Source: an uncultured Methanosarcinaceae archaeon
GTDB lineage: Archaea; Halobacteriota; Methanosarcinia; Methanosarcinales; Methanosarcinaceae
Reading direction: 5' to 3'
Assembly: GCA_963727895.1 (NCBI GenBank)
Contig: CAVSHT010000004.1
Location: 160,001 to 224,000 of the forward strand
Length of the DNA: 64,000 bases
Shown here: positions 55,065-64,000 of the stretch, piece by piece
How the letters are laid out: the number at the start of each line of letters is the position of its first letter
Numbering within the stretch: position 1 is the first letter of the stretch
Made by a program: the position numbers and the translations under genes
The notes under the pieces: model-generated
Database searches by the model: none
What the model saw: only the letters and a program-made list of their open reading frames with translations
What the model was told of the DNA's origin: nothing

Positions 55065-55306
55065 CTTAAATGAGGAATGGATAAACAAGAAGATAAGAAT
55101 AACTATAGAAAGTTAATTGTAGTCACAACTATAATTACATCGTTTTTGACTGTTCATAAACCTACATATTTTTCGTTCAAAAACTTATACATTTTTATAT
55201 ATTAGCGAATCCGTGTATTCTAACACTTAAAATAAAAATAATTAGTATTCAACTTTTATTATTATATCAAGTGTATAAAATTAAACTTGAATATAGGAGT
55301 ATTTTT

Positions 55307-56122
55307 ATGAACGTTCCCAAAAAAACATTGATTTTAATGATACTTCTTGTTGTTATGGCAAGCCCTGTACTTGCAGCAAATGATCATCAAGAAAATGATC
55401 ATCATGGTCATCCAAAAGTTCCTGCTGGCATACCATCCACTGTAAAGAATGGAATGGTAAATTCATATTCAACCAACTGGGCTGGTTATGATGTAGTCAC
55501 TTCTACAGGTGAAGTAACCAGTGTGAAGGGGTCATGGATTGTACCTGCAGTTAACTCAAAAACTGGAAATTCATATTCAGCTAACTGGATTGGTATTGAT
55601 GGTGATACATCAAGCACTGTTGAGCAGATAGGAACTAGCAGCGATAACCCTTCCAAGAATGTTGCGAGCTACTATGCCTGGTATGAATTCTACCCTGAGC
55701 CTTGCTACAAGTTTGATGATATACAGGTAAAGCCAGGAGATAATATGTCCGCAGAAGTCAAGTTTAAAGATGGAGTATGTTATGCAAATATTACTGATGT
55801 AACAACTGGACAGTCAGACAATGAATCCCATCCAGATGCAGGTTATGAAAAGAAATCTGCCGAATGGATTGTCGAAGCTCCCTGGTTCAATAGAATACTG
55901 CCGTTAGCAAACTTTGGAACTACATCCTTTGGATCTGATTATACCTTTATTGATGGTACTTGCTCTGCCACAATTAATGGTGTTTCTGAAAATATCGCTT
56001 CATATGGATCTTCAGTGAATAGCATCACTATGGTAAATAGTAAAGGGCAAGTAAAAGCACAACCTTCTACACTCAGCAGCAGTGGTACGAGTTTTAACGT
56101 AGCCTGGAAACGAGCTAGCTAA
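55307..56122 (+). CDS. Secreted G1-family glutamic endopeptidase
   Basis: AGGAG RBS; signal peptide; STNWAGY, WIGIDG, EQIGT (catalytic Q), AWYE, SAEWIVE (catalytic E), LANFG. Confidence 0.9.
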   Translation: MNVPKKTLILMILLVVMASPVLAANDHQENDHHGHPKVPAGIPSTVKNGMVNSYSTNWAGYDVVTSTGEVTSVKGSWIVPAVNSKTGNSYSANWIGIDGDTSSTVEQIGTSSDNPSKNVASYYAWYEFYPEPCYKFDDIQVKPGDNMSAEVKFKDGVCYANITDVTTGQSDNESHPDAGYEKKSAEWIVEAPWFNRILPLANFGTTSFGSDYTFIDGTCSATINGVSENIASYGSSVNSITMVNSKGQVKAQPSTLSSSGTSFNVAWKRAS

Positions 56123-56207
56123 CCTTCTTTTTATTTATTTTTTTACAGTATATTAAAAATTCTGTATTCCGAGTTTTGGGATGAACGTATTAATAATTAC
56201 ATGCAAG

Positions 56208-56816
56208 TCACAAAAGTTTCCCTCGAACAACCAGTAATTCCTCAAAAGAAACCTTTTTTCTAGCTATAACATCAGCTTCAAATCCCAGTTTTTCCATTTT
56301 TTCCTTAACCTCATCAAGTCCGGTAATAGAAGAAATAAGCACAAGAATTTCTCCTCTGGGCTTGAGATAATTTTTTACTTCATCAAGAAATCGATCTAAA
56401 GTATCCCTTCCGCTGATTCCGCCATCAAAAGCATAATTTAGCCAGCCAGGAACTTTTTCCTCTTTTGATGTGGGCAAATAGGGTGGATTAAAGAGTATGA
56501 GGTCAAACCGAGCTTCAGGACTTCTGAGTCTGAGCCCTTCAAAAAGGTCTGTACGGATAACCTCAACAGCATTTATTTTTGCACAGCGAGAAGCATGGGG
56601 ATTGATTTCCGTAGCTATTAACTGAATATCTTTCAGGTTTGCAAGAAGCACAGCTGAAACAAAACCTGACCCTGTTCCAACTTCAAGAACGCGCATTCCT
56701 GATTTTGCTTCTATAAGGGCTGCGTCGGCAAATAGAAAAGAGTCTTCTGCAGGTTCATAGACAAGATCCATATTCCCAAGCTTGATCTGGGCTTTTTTGT
56801 ATTCGATTTCTACCAT
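56208..56816 (-). CDS. HemK2/MTQ2-family protein methyltransferase
   Basis: VYEPAEDS, LEVGTGSG, FNPPYLP, GGISGR. Confidence 0.92.
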   Translation of the reverse strand: MVEIEYKKAQIKLGNMDLVYEPAEDSFLFADAALIEAKSGMRVLEVGTGSGFVSAVLLANLKDIQLIATEINPHASRCAKINAVEVIRTDLFEGLRLRSPEARFDLILFNPPYLPTSKEEKVPGWLNYAFDGGISGRDTLDRFLDEVKNYLKPRGEILVLISSITGLDEVKEKMEKLGFEADVIARKKVSFEELLVVRGKLL

Positions 56817-56835
56817 AATTTCAAGTTATTTATTT

Positions 56836-57592
56836 GGCATTGTTACTTAACTATATCTAGTTCTTTATTTATTTATTTATTTATTTATTTATTTCATCAA
56901 TAGAATAACCGAGTACTTTAGCATTTCAAGACTTTTTGTATAACACTTTGTCTTTCTTCTCAATCTTGCTAGAAAATGCCTCAATATGCTGTTATATCCC
57001 TCAACTGTAAATGTTTCTGCTTTTGATTGAGTATGACTCTTTTCAGGAAGAAACTCTGCATATGCCCTCCAGTGATCTGTCACCACTTCTCCAATCTCTT
57101 TTTTCTTCATTTTTTCCTAGAGTAGTTTTCCAGTTTCTGTTTCTCTGCTACCAAAAGAGCAGTTGATGAACTTTTTCCCAACTCTATCAACAGCAATCCA
57201 GATCCAGCAATATTTTTTTTTGTTACCGATGTAAGTGTGCATCTCATCCATTTCAACAATAGATATCTCACTTTCACTTTTTAGGTTCTCTCACTCTTGA
57301 CCAAATTTCTTGATCCATTTTTGGACAGAAACATGACTTACCCCTAAAATTCTTCCTATTGAGCGAAAGCCCAATCCTTCAAGATAGAGTTGTAAAGCCT
57401 GTCTTTTTACAGAAGTGGAAAAAGCAGTTGATTTTAGCTCTACTGTGTAGTTATATCCACAATCATGGCATTTGTAGCGTTGATGACCACCAACTATACC
57501 ATTCTTTTTGTGACTGGAACTATTGCATCTGGGGCAGTTAATGAAGAAATATACTTTCTAATAGTACATAACTATGTTTAAGTATCAATGCC
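56836..57592 (-). mobile_element. IS1-family element (copy 6, defective) with 8-bp TSD ATTTATTT
   Basis: Both IRs; TSD at 56828-56835 and 57593-57600; ATG>ATT, TTA>TGA, TGG>TAG; expanded (TTTA)n near 56864-56894. Confidence 0.95.
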
Positions 57593-57644
57593 ATTTATTT
57601 TTCGGGTTATTTACTGTTCGTAGTTTTTTATTGTTCTTGGTTAT

Positions 57645-58481
57645 TCATTGTTTCTTTGATTCTTCATCTAGAATTAACTTCTTTAAATCAATTATCTGAT
57701 TTGCAATCCATGCAAGCTCTTCAGGATTCAGGTTTTCAGCGCGTTTGCTCAGCATATCCTCAGGAAGGCGAACAATTACTTCTTTAATTCTGGGAATTTT
57801 GAGCAAATAATTTGTGTTCAGGATTGCATTTCTCAATTTTTTCCTACGCTGGCTGAAGACTGCGCCTACAAAATCCATAAAGAAAGCCTGGTCTTTGACT
57901 TCGAAAGGTGCTGGGCGAGGAACAAGTTTAATCACTGCAGAATCAACTTCAGGTGCTGGTTCAAAAGCGTTTTTTTGAACTTTCATCAAAATAGATGCGT
58001 CAGCAAAATAACAGGTGTCAACAGTAAGGCGCGAGTAATCTTTGCAGTTAGGCAGGGAAACCATTCTGACTGCAAATTCGTACTGGTACATGAGAACACC
58101 AAGTTTGAATTTATAGCGAAAGAGCTTGAAAGTGATATCAGAAGAAATGGAATAGGGAAGATTTGATACAACCTTATCAAACTCCGGAAAATCAACTTTC
58201 AGGGCGTTACCGACAATAATTTCAATATTTTCTACTTCATCAAAACGGTCGTGTAGGACTCTGACCAGAACAGGATCAAGTTCAATTGCAATTACTTTTT
58301 TTGCTTTCCTTGAAAGCCTTTCAGTTAGGTTTCCAACACCTGCACCTATTTCAAGTACAATATCTTCAGGCTCAAGATCGGCAGCAGCCACTATTTTATC
58401 CAGATAGCTTTCGTCAACTAGGAAATGTTGATCAAAAGTACCTCCTGTTATATTATATTTTTTAAGAAGAGAACGAACCAG
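57645..58481 (-). CDS. rsmA: 16S rRNA adenine dimethyltransferase (probable CTG start)
   Basis: DQHFLVD, LEIGAGVG, VVSNLPYSIS, MYQYEFA, F.PAPEVDS; GGAGG 9 nt before an in-frame CTG. Confidence 0.93.
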   Translation of the reverse strand: MVRSLLKKYNITGGTFDQHFLVDESYLDKIVAAADLEPEDIVLEIGAGVGNLTERLSRKAKKVIAIELDPVLVRVLHDRFDEVENIEIIVGNALKVDFPEFDKVVSNLPYSISSDITFKLFRYKFKLGVLMYQYEFAVRMVSLPNCKDYSRLTVDTCYFADASILMKVQKNAFEPAPEVDSAVIKLVPRPAPFEVKDQAFFMDFVGAVFSQRRKKLRNAILNTNYLLKIPRIKEVIVRLPEDMLSKRAENLNPEELAWIANQIIDLKKLILDEESKKQ

Positions 58482-58626
58482 AGATGAAAACCTCCTGAGT
58501 AAATCACATATGTTTGTCTTTCAAATTTGAAGCCAAATCAGTATATAAATTAAAGGGATAATCAAAAGTTGAAAAACTTAACAATTAAAGCATTATTAAA
58601 AAATGTGGAACTTGGGGATTCTTCTC

Positions 58627-59358
58627 TCATTCAGCTTTCTGGCGGCGTGCTGGAGTTGTGAACAGCCTGTACTTAATGAAATCATCCTTAAGTTCTTCTT
58701 CAATTCTATGGGCAAGGACTTTAGTCGGGTCATGAAGACTTGGAATTCTCTCCCGAATATCCTGAAAACTCTTGAATTCTCCCTTTTTGCGCTCATCGAT
58801 TATAGACCACATGAGCTTTTTGCCTATTCCTGGGAGGAGATCAAGCATATGCAAACGGGTAGTAATGGAGTGAGCATCATTGAAAAACTTTACAAAGCGT
58901 GGCTCCTGATATCTAACACAGGCTTCAAGGATAAAGGGCAATTCAAGGTTAGCCCCGGTCGTAAGATCAGAATGACCTATTCTTTGTTTTACGTGATCTA
59001 TTTCATTCCGATCTCCTGATCCGATGTAAACCCTTGATTGTATCTGAGGGATCACGCCACTTTTTGGAATGAGCTCTATAAGAGTAAATTTTTTATCTCC
59101 CACCGCCTGAACAAGAGGTTTCTTTTGGTATGCGGCTGGACCGTCAACTGATTTTCCATATGGTAAATAATCAAGAACCCAGGCATACTCTTCTCGTTCC
59201 TGCGAATTTTCAATGGATTTTCCTGATGAGCGCGGAGCTCTTTCAGATTGCCTATTTGATTGCGATATACCTGTCGGACGCCTGCCGCCATAAGAAGGTT
59301 TTTCAGCAGCTGATCTGCCAGCGTACGTTCTACCTGATTGCGACTTCTCTACTCTCAT
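58627..59358 (-). CDS. DUF655 family RNA-binding-like protein
   Basis: EEYAWVLDYLPYG; RLHMLDLLPGIGKK; conserved position between rpoF and rsmA. Confidence 0.9.
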   Translation of the reverse strand: MRVEKSQSGRTYAGRSAAEKPSYGGRRPTGISQSNRQSERAPRSSGKSIENSQEREEYAWVLDYLPYGKSVDGPAAYQKKPLVQAVGDKKFTLIELIPKSGVIPQIQSRVYIGSGDRNEIDHVKQRIGHSDLTTGANLELPFILEACVRYQEPRFVKFFNDAHSITTRLHMLDLLPGIGKKLMWSIIDERKKGEFKSFQDIRERIPSLHDPTKVLAHRIEEELKDDFIKYRLFTTPARRQKAE

Positions 59359-59704
59359 CAGCACCCATCCTATCAATAAAATATGAAATCCATCGAAGAT
59401 ATGTTTCAGGACCTATGTGATCCTTATTATACGCCTGGCTTACTTTTATTCAGCCCGGTATCTATCCTATTAGTCAGACATGTTGACTATTTGCAAATTA
59501 TTAATAATTAGTAGTCTGTAAACTTCAGACCACCTTTTAACCGGTATCCCCTGACTCAATATATTCCTAACTCAAAGAATCCTCTGTGCCTATATTTAGA
59601 TCAGGGTACTCCCTGATAATTCAAGTACGTTAAGTTTCGGATACTTCTCTTATAAATAAAAAGATAAAAACTGCTATATAGCTTATTCCCTTATCATTTT
59701 AGTC

Positions 59705-60058
59705 TTATTCAAGAGTCTCCTGCACATAATCAAGAATTGTATCAAGTTCTTCATTGTTTAAGGTATATTTTTCTTTAGCGTATATTGATCGGACTTCATC
59801 TCTGGATTGAGGAAGAATATCTGCAATCCTGACAGCAATTGCAGGCTTCATTTTTTCGAGTTCTAGCAGCTTATTAACCAGTTCTCTAGATTTTTCTGCG
59901 CTGACCTTTGAGAACTGTTCGGCATGATGCAAGGCTTTTCTAAATCCATATTCAACTTCGAGCCCCCTTTCTCTGCGCTCTTCAGCGATGTTGATAAGTA
60001 GTTCTCTGACTTCGGCCAAGGTCAATAATTCTTCACTGAGGACTTCCTTAACTATCAT
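59705..60058 (-). CDS. rpoF: RNA polymerase subunit F (Rpo4)
   Basis: LTLAEV; AVRIADILP...DEVRSIYAKE; synteny with rpl21e. Confidence 0.93.
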   Translation of the reverse strand: MIVKEVLSEELLTLAEVRELLINIAEERRERGLEVEYGFRKALHHAEQFSKVSAEKSRELVNKLLELEKMKPAIAVRIADILPQSRDEVRSIYAKEKYTLNNEELDTILDYVQETLE

Positions 60059-60537
60059 TGGAATACACTCTTTATGACTTAAAAACTGTAGCTAGTTGCT
60101 ATTTCCTGCTGAGTAATCTACTCGATCACTCTTCAATTCTTCATGAGTTCCTGGCTGCAAGCAAATTTGTACCTGTTATCTATAAATCTGAACTAGCCAA
60201 AGGACAATGCATCCTGTACACTGTCAAGCTTTATCCAGACTGCCTACATACACTAGATTCTATTGTTTAGTAATCTGAAACTAGTCCGAATAATTTTATC
60301 CTGATCTGGTCAGGTATATGTCTACAAACAATATATAATTATAGATATTCCCACCTAGAGATAAAATCTCGGATATTTAAAATCAGTTTTTTCTAATTTC
60401 CCTATCGTCAGCAGGTTTTCAAGGACATTACGTTTATTACGCTTAATTACAGCCCCCACTCTTGCAAGTTACCAAATAACTCTGACCAAAGCTCGAGCTT
60501 ACGGTAGAAGCCTGCATACTGTAGTCTCAGATAAAAG

Positions 60538-60559
60538 AGTTAGGTTTTACAACCTAACT
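60538..60559 (-). terminator. Hairpin downstream of rpl21e
   Basis: AGTTAGGTT-TTAC-AACCTAACT perfect 9-bp stem followed by a T-rich tract on the minus strand. Confidence 0.55.
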
Positions 60560-60574
60560 ATCTGAATAAGGGAA

Positions 60575-60910
<336 letters not shown>

Positions 60911-61031
60911 TTATACAGTTTTCTCTATATGAGATGGATATTATTGAAATAAGTCCTTAGTCAGGGAAAAAGTTCCTGACCCGTCATATTAAATAAATAC
61001 CCAATATTAAATAAATTTGATTCGATTAAAT

Positions 61032-62327
61032 TTAAATATCGACCTTGACAACATCAAGATCTTCTACAAGTGCAGGAATACTTAATAGTTCAGTCAGGCT
61101 TGGTTTAGTCCTGCCTTCATCTCCGGAAACAAGCTCTTTTACATACAGTCCGCCTTCGCAGTTTACTGTTATGTATGCGTAACCTTCATCTGTCAGCTCA
61201 TCAAGTTTAATGCTGTGTACGTGCCTTTTCCTGACAAGGTCAGCACGCCTGTGAAGCACACGCCTTGGAGTCTGCTGTGAGATTTCGATGTCACTTAAAG
61301 CGTCAATGCTGGATTTAAGCTTTTCCTCCGAAACAGGCTCTTTAAATGTAACTTTAAGCTTATAAGTTTTATCCGCTTTTGAGCTTTTTAGAGTCTCAAT
61401 CATACCCTTTCCAACGAAAGAAAGTTCTCTTACCTCAACTTTTCCGGCAGCTTTTTCGTTAATTTTCTTCATGAGTTCTTCAAGGTCTGTGTTGCGCCTT
61501 TTGGGAGATTTTGCTTCAACTACAAAAGGTCTGCCACTTCCAAGCATCAGGGCATCAATATCTTCTCTTCCTGAACCATGAAAAGCCGTATCAATTGCCT
61601 GAAAAGCCTCTACTACGGGATCTTTTATAAGCTCGTCTACGGATTCAGGATACTGTTTTCCTGTAAAATTACAGCTTTCGCAGCCTTTACCCTTACATTT
61701 CCGGCACGGCCAGCGGGTCTGTGGGATTCCTCTAATCAATTTGCGGTAGCGACCTAAAACATATACTGAGCGGACCTGAAGTTCAAGTTTGTTTTTTGCA
61801 AGGTCAAGGGTAATTGTGATATCAGGATTTTCAAAATCAACATCTTTCTGAACTTTTTCGGCAATTCTTTTGCCTACTTCCCTGTTAAGCTCGGTTTTAA
61901 GCTGTTCAGCATATGCAGTTCCGACTTCAGCCCACAGGATTTCTTCGTTTTCACTCAGAAGCCCACTAACCTTTGTGCCTACAAGGAATGTCGAATATTC
62001 AAGACCTTCAAGAGCTTTTACGGCTTCATCTACCCACTCGTCCAGTCTTTTGAACAGGTCAAGGCAAACCCAGCACTGTTCGTCTTCGCCCCCTATTCCA
62101 AGCGTCTTTCTTGCAAATTCACTGCAAAGGATAAGTTCGTTAAGAAGAGAGTCGTTTTTCTCAGTTTTGTAAATTCGATCCCCTTCGAGGACAAGGGCGA
62201 GTTTCAAGGCCTGACCACGTTCTTTGTTGCTCAGGCCAGTAGACAGTTTCGCAAACTGTCGGCCCAGGCAGTTATTACATATAGGGCCTTCATGCAGAAT
62301 CTTTTTTGAAGTTTCAAGTACATCCAT
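61032..62327 (-). CDS. pus10: tRNA pseudouridine(54/55) synthase Pus10
   Basis: C..CLGR; GRYRKL.RGIPQTRW; HGSGREDIDA; QQTPRRV.HRR; GGLYVKEL.SGD.GRT.PS. Confidence 0.95.
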   Translation of the reverse strand: MDVLETSKKILHEGPICNNCLGRQFAKLSTGLSNKERGQALKLALVLEGDRIYKTEKNDSLLNELILCSEFARKTLGIGGEDEQCWVCLDLFKRLDEWVDEAVKALEGLEYSTFLVGTKVSGLLSENEEILWAEVGTAYAEQLKTELNREVGKRIAEKVQKDVDFENPDITITLDLAKNKLELQVRSVYVLGRYRKLIRGIPQTRWPCRKCKGKGCESCNFTGKQYPESVDELIKDPVVEAFQAIDTAFHGSGREDIDALMLGSGRPFVVEAKSPKRRNTDLEELMKKINEKAAGKVEVRELSFVGKGMIETLKSSKADKTYKLKVTFKEPVSEEKLKSSIDALSDIEISQQTPRRVLHRRADLVRKRHVHSIKLDELTDEGYAYITVNCEGGLYVKELVSGDEGRTKPSLTELLSIPALVEDLDVVKVDI

Positions 62328-62666
62328 TTTCGTTCACTATCTTAATTATTTGTTTGGAAATATGCCTGAGTTGGTAATCAGGAAGCAAAGATTAAATACT
62401 GGACAAATGGCGCTTGCCTTAAAGACCTATACTTTATTGACAGCACCTCTTAAGGCAAATCTTCGGAAAATGTAAATACCCGAAAAAATATTCGGGAAAA
62501 TTAAATCTGGATAAATTTCTGTTCAGATACAGGAAATGAGATATAACTTTTGTGTTGAGCAGGAGTTTCTTTACAATCTTTACTATTATTCACCTCTGGT
62601 TATATCTCATTATATTCAATGATTCCTGTTGCAGCTTAGTTCTTATAAACTCATTTTAAGTTTCCA

Positions 62667-63302
62667 TTAATCCTTGACCGTGCTATCCGCTTCTCCGGGT
62701 AGTTCTCCTATTTCTACTTCAGCTCTATCCAATTCATTATGGACAAGGGTTATACAGTGATTGGAATGAAGAGAAAGAGGACCTACTGAGATAATTTTCG
62801 CTCCTGCTTCGAGGATCTGTGCTTCTTCTTCTTCAGTAACTCCCACATGATCTCCTAGAATAAAAACTGGGTCCTGGATTTCACTTGCGAGTGTTCTTAT
62901 GTCTTCTCCGTCTTCTCTCAGGTAAAGTAGGTTGCGGCCCTCAAATTTTGAGAGCAAAGAAGCTAAGTCTCCTCTTTGAATCCATACGCCTGGAGTGGAA
63001 CGGGTATCTTGTTCAGTTGCGTCTTTTTTAAGAGCTTTCTGGATAAGTGAACCACTACTTCGCTCATCCGGGTTGAGGTATCTCAGGTGGAGTCCTTCAA
63101 AACGGATAATTTTTCCAGGGTCAGGTTCTCCTAAAAGAAGCAGGTGTACATTTACGTCCCTGCGCATTCCGAATGAGAGAAACAGGGCAGAACTCACGCA
63201 GCGGCAAAGAATATCCATTCTTCCTGCAGAACCTGGAAGGTCATTTAAGGAAATATCACCGCTTGTCTTTGCCTTGTGCCCTATAATAACAATATCGCGC
63301 AT
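62667..63302 (-). CDS. trmY: tRNA (pseudouridine(54)-N1)-methyltransferase TrmY
   Basis: LNDLPGSAGRMDILCR; LNPDERS; STPG; FILGDH; ISVGP.SLH. Confidence 0.95.
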   Translation of the reverse strand: MRDIVIIGHKAKTSGDISLNDLPGSAGRMDILCRCVSSALFLSFGMRRDVNVHLLLLGEPDPGKIIRFEGLHLRYLNPDERSSGSLIQKALKKDATEQDTRSTPGVWIQRGDLASLLSKFEGRNLLYLREDGEDIRTLASEIQDPVFILGDHVGVTEEEEAQILEAGAKIISVGPLSLHSNHCITLVHNELDRAEVEIGELPGEADSTVKD

Positions 63303-63519
63303 GGGCACTATATTTATGCAAGGAATATAAAAGATGTATGCAAACCTTTAAAAAAGGCTATCAGAAAATTTTTTAGAAAAAGATATTTATCAAAAAATTC
63401 TGTATGAAATATATATGCGTGTTTCAAGATAAGCTCAATAATTAAGAGAAACCAAAGACTGAATGTACATACAAACAATAGGACCTTAAGGTTATTAAGA
63501 ATAACAGGATCGGACAACG

Positions 63520-64000
63520 ATGAAGATACTAGCAATTTCTGATCCCCATGGGGATTATTCAAAAATAAAGAAAATGATGGAAGAAGCAAAAGATTTCGAC
63601 CTTGTAGTTATTGTTGGGGATATTACCAATTTCGGGCCCGATGAGAAGGTTGAAGAATTAATGGAAATGTTTGACAAACCTGTACTTGCAATTCCTGGAA
63701 ATTGCGATAATAAAAGCATCTTAAAAGCCCTTGATCTTTCAAAAGCCATAAACCTGCATGGAAAAGCTGAACAGATAGGAAATATAAGGTTTATAGGATT
63801 AGGAGGCTCAAATCCAACTCCTTTTAATACTCCCTTTGAGCTGTCAGAAGAAGAAATTGAAAAAACTCTTGAAGAAATGGTTTGCTCTGCAGAAAATAGC
63901 AAAGATTGTGGAACCATAGTGCTTCTAACTCATGCCCCTCCTTACGGTGCAAGGGATGAACTTCCGTCTGGACACGTGGGTAGCAAAGCTATCCAGAAAT
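63520..64000 (+). CDS. Calcineurin-like metallophosphoesterase (runs off the window)
   Basis: MKILAISDPHG, VGDIT, PGNCD, THAPP, GHVGS. Absent from the ORF track because it has no stop in the window. Confidence 0.92.
   Translation, partial: MKILAISDPHGDYSKIKKMMEEAKDFDLVVIVGDITNFGPDEKVEELMEMFDKPVLAIPGNCDNKSILKALDLSKAINLHGKAEQIGNIRFIGLGGSNPTPFNTPFELSEEEIEKTLEEMVCSAENSKDCGTIVLLTHAPPYGARDELPSGHVGSKAIQK

Noticed and set aside
60060..60535. Long rpl21e-rpoF spacer as an sRNA or the 70-aa ORF
   Set aside because: No convincing C/D boxes, strong structure or protein motif seen.

Overview
Chromosomal window from a methanogenic archaeon, most likely Methanosarcina (inferred from the rpl21e-rpoF-DUF655-rsmA cluster, archaeal ppcA, PKD/PGF-CTERM surface proteins and TATA-type promoters). 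Positions ~1.9-23 kb are an AT-rich accessory region packed with IS1, IS6, IS21 and ISH3 elements, IS6-type MITEs, a split Mrr-like endonuclease gene, a small tyrosine recombinase plus HTH gene, orphan secreted or membrane genes and several candidate structured RNAs. Positions ~23-64 kb are mostly core genes (rio2, ppcA, tRNA-Cys, topA, tsr3, fumarate hydratase, nudC, P-type ATPase, rsmA, rpoF, rpl21e, pus10, trmY), interrupted by islets at ~42.7-50.3 kb and ~54.4-56.1 kb. Best leads: (1) a two-copy RNA-like element with a covarying hairpin and fixed AAUAGGGA loop, one copy divergently paired with a multi-hairpin GGG(G)A-loop RNA beside the recombinase; (2) a 150-bp IS6-type MITE pair carrying the exact reversed 8-bp target signature of a replicative inversion; (3) the same 14-mer at two sites, each with a 3-bp flanking repeat; (4) in-frame amber codons that may be read as pyrrolysine; (5) a tRNA-Cys with A33. 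Several single-base frameshifts in essential genes suggest assembly indel errors, so pseudogene calls are tentative. All family assignments come from motif recognition by eye; no searches were run.
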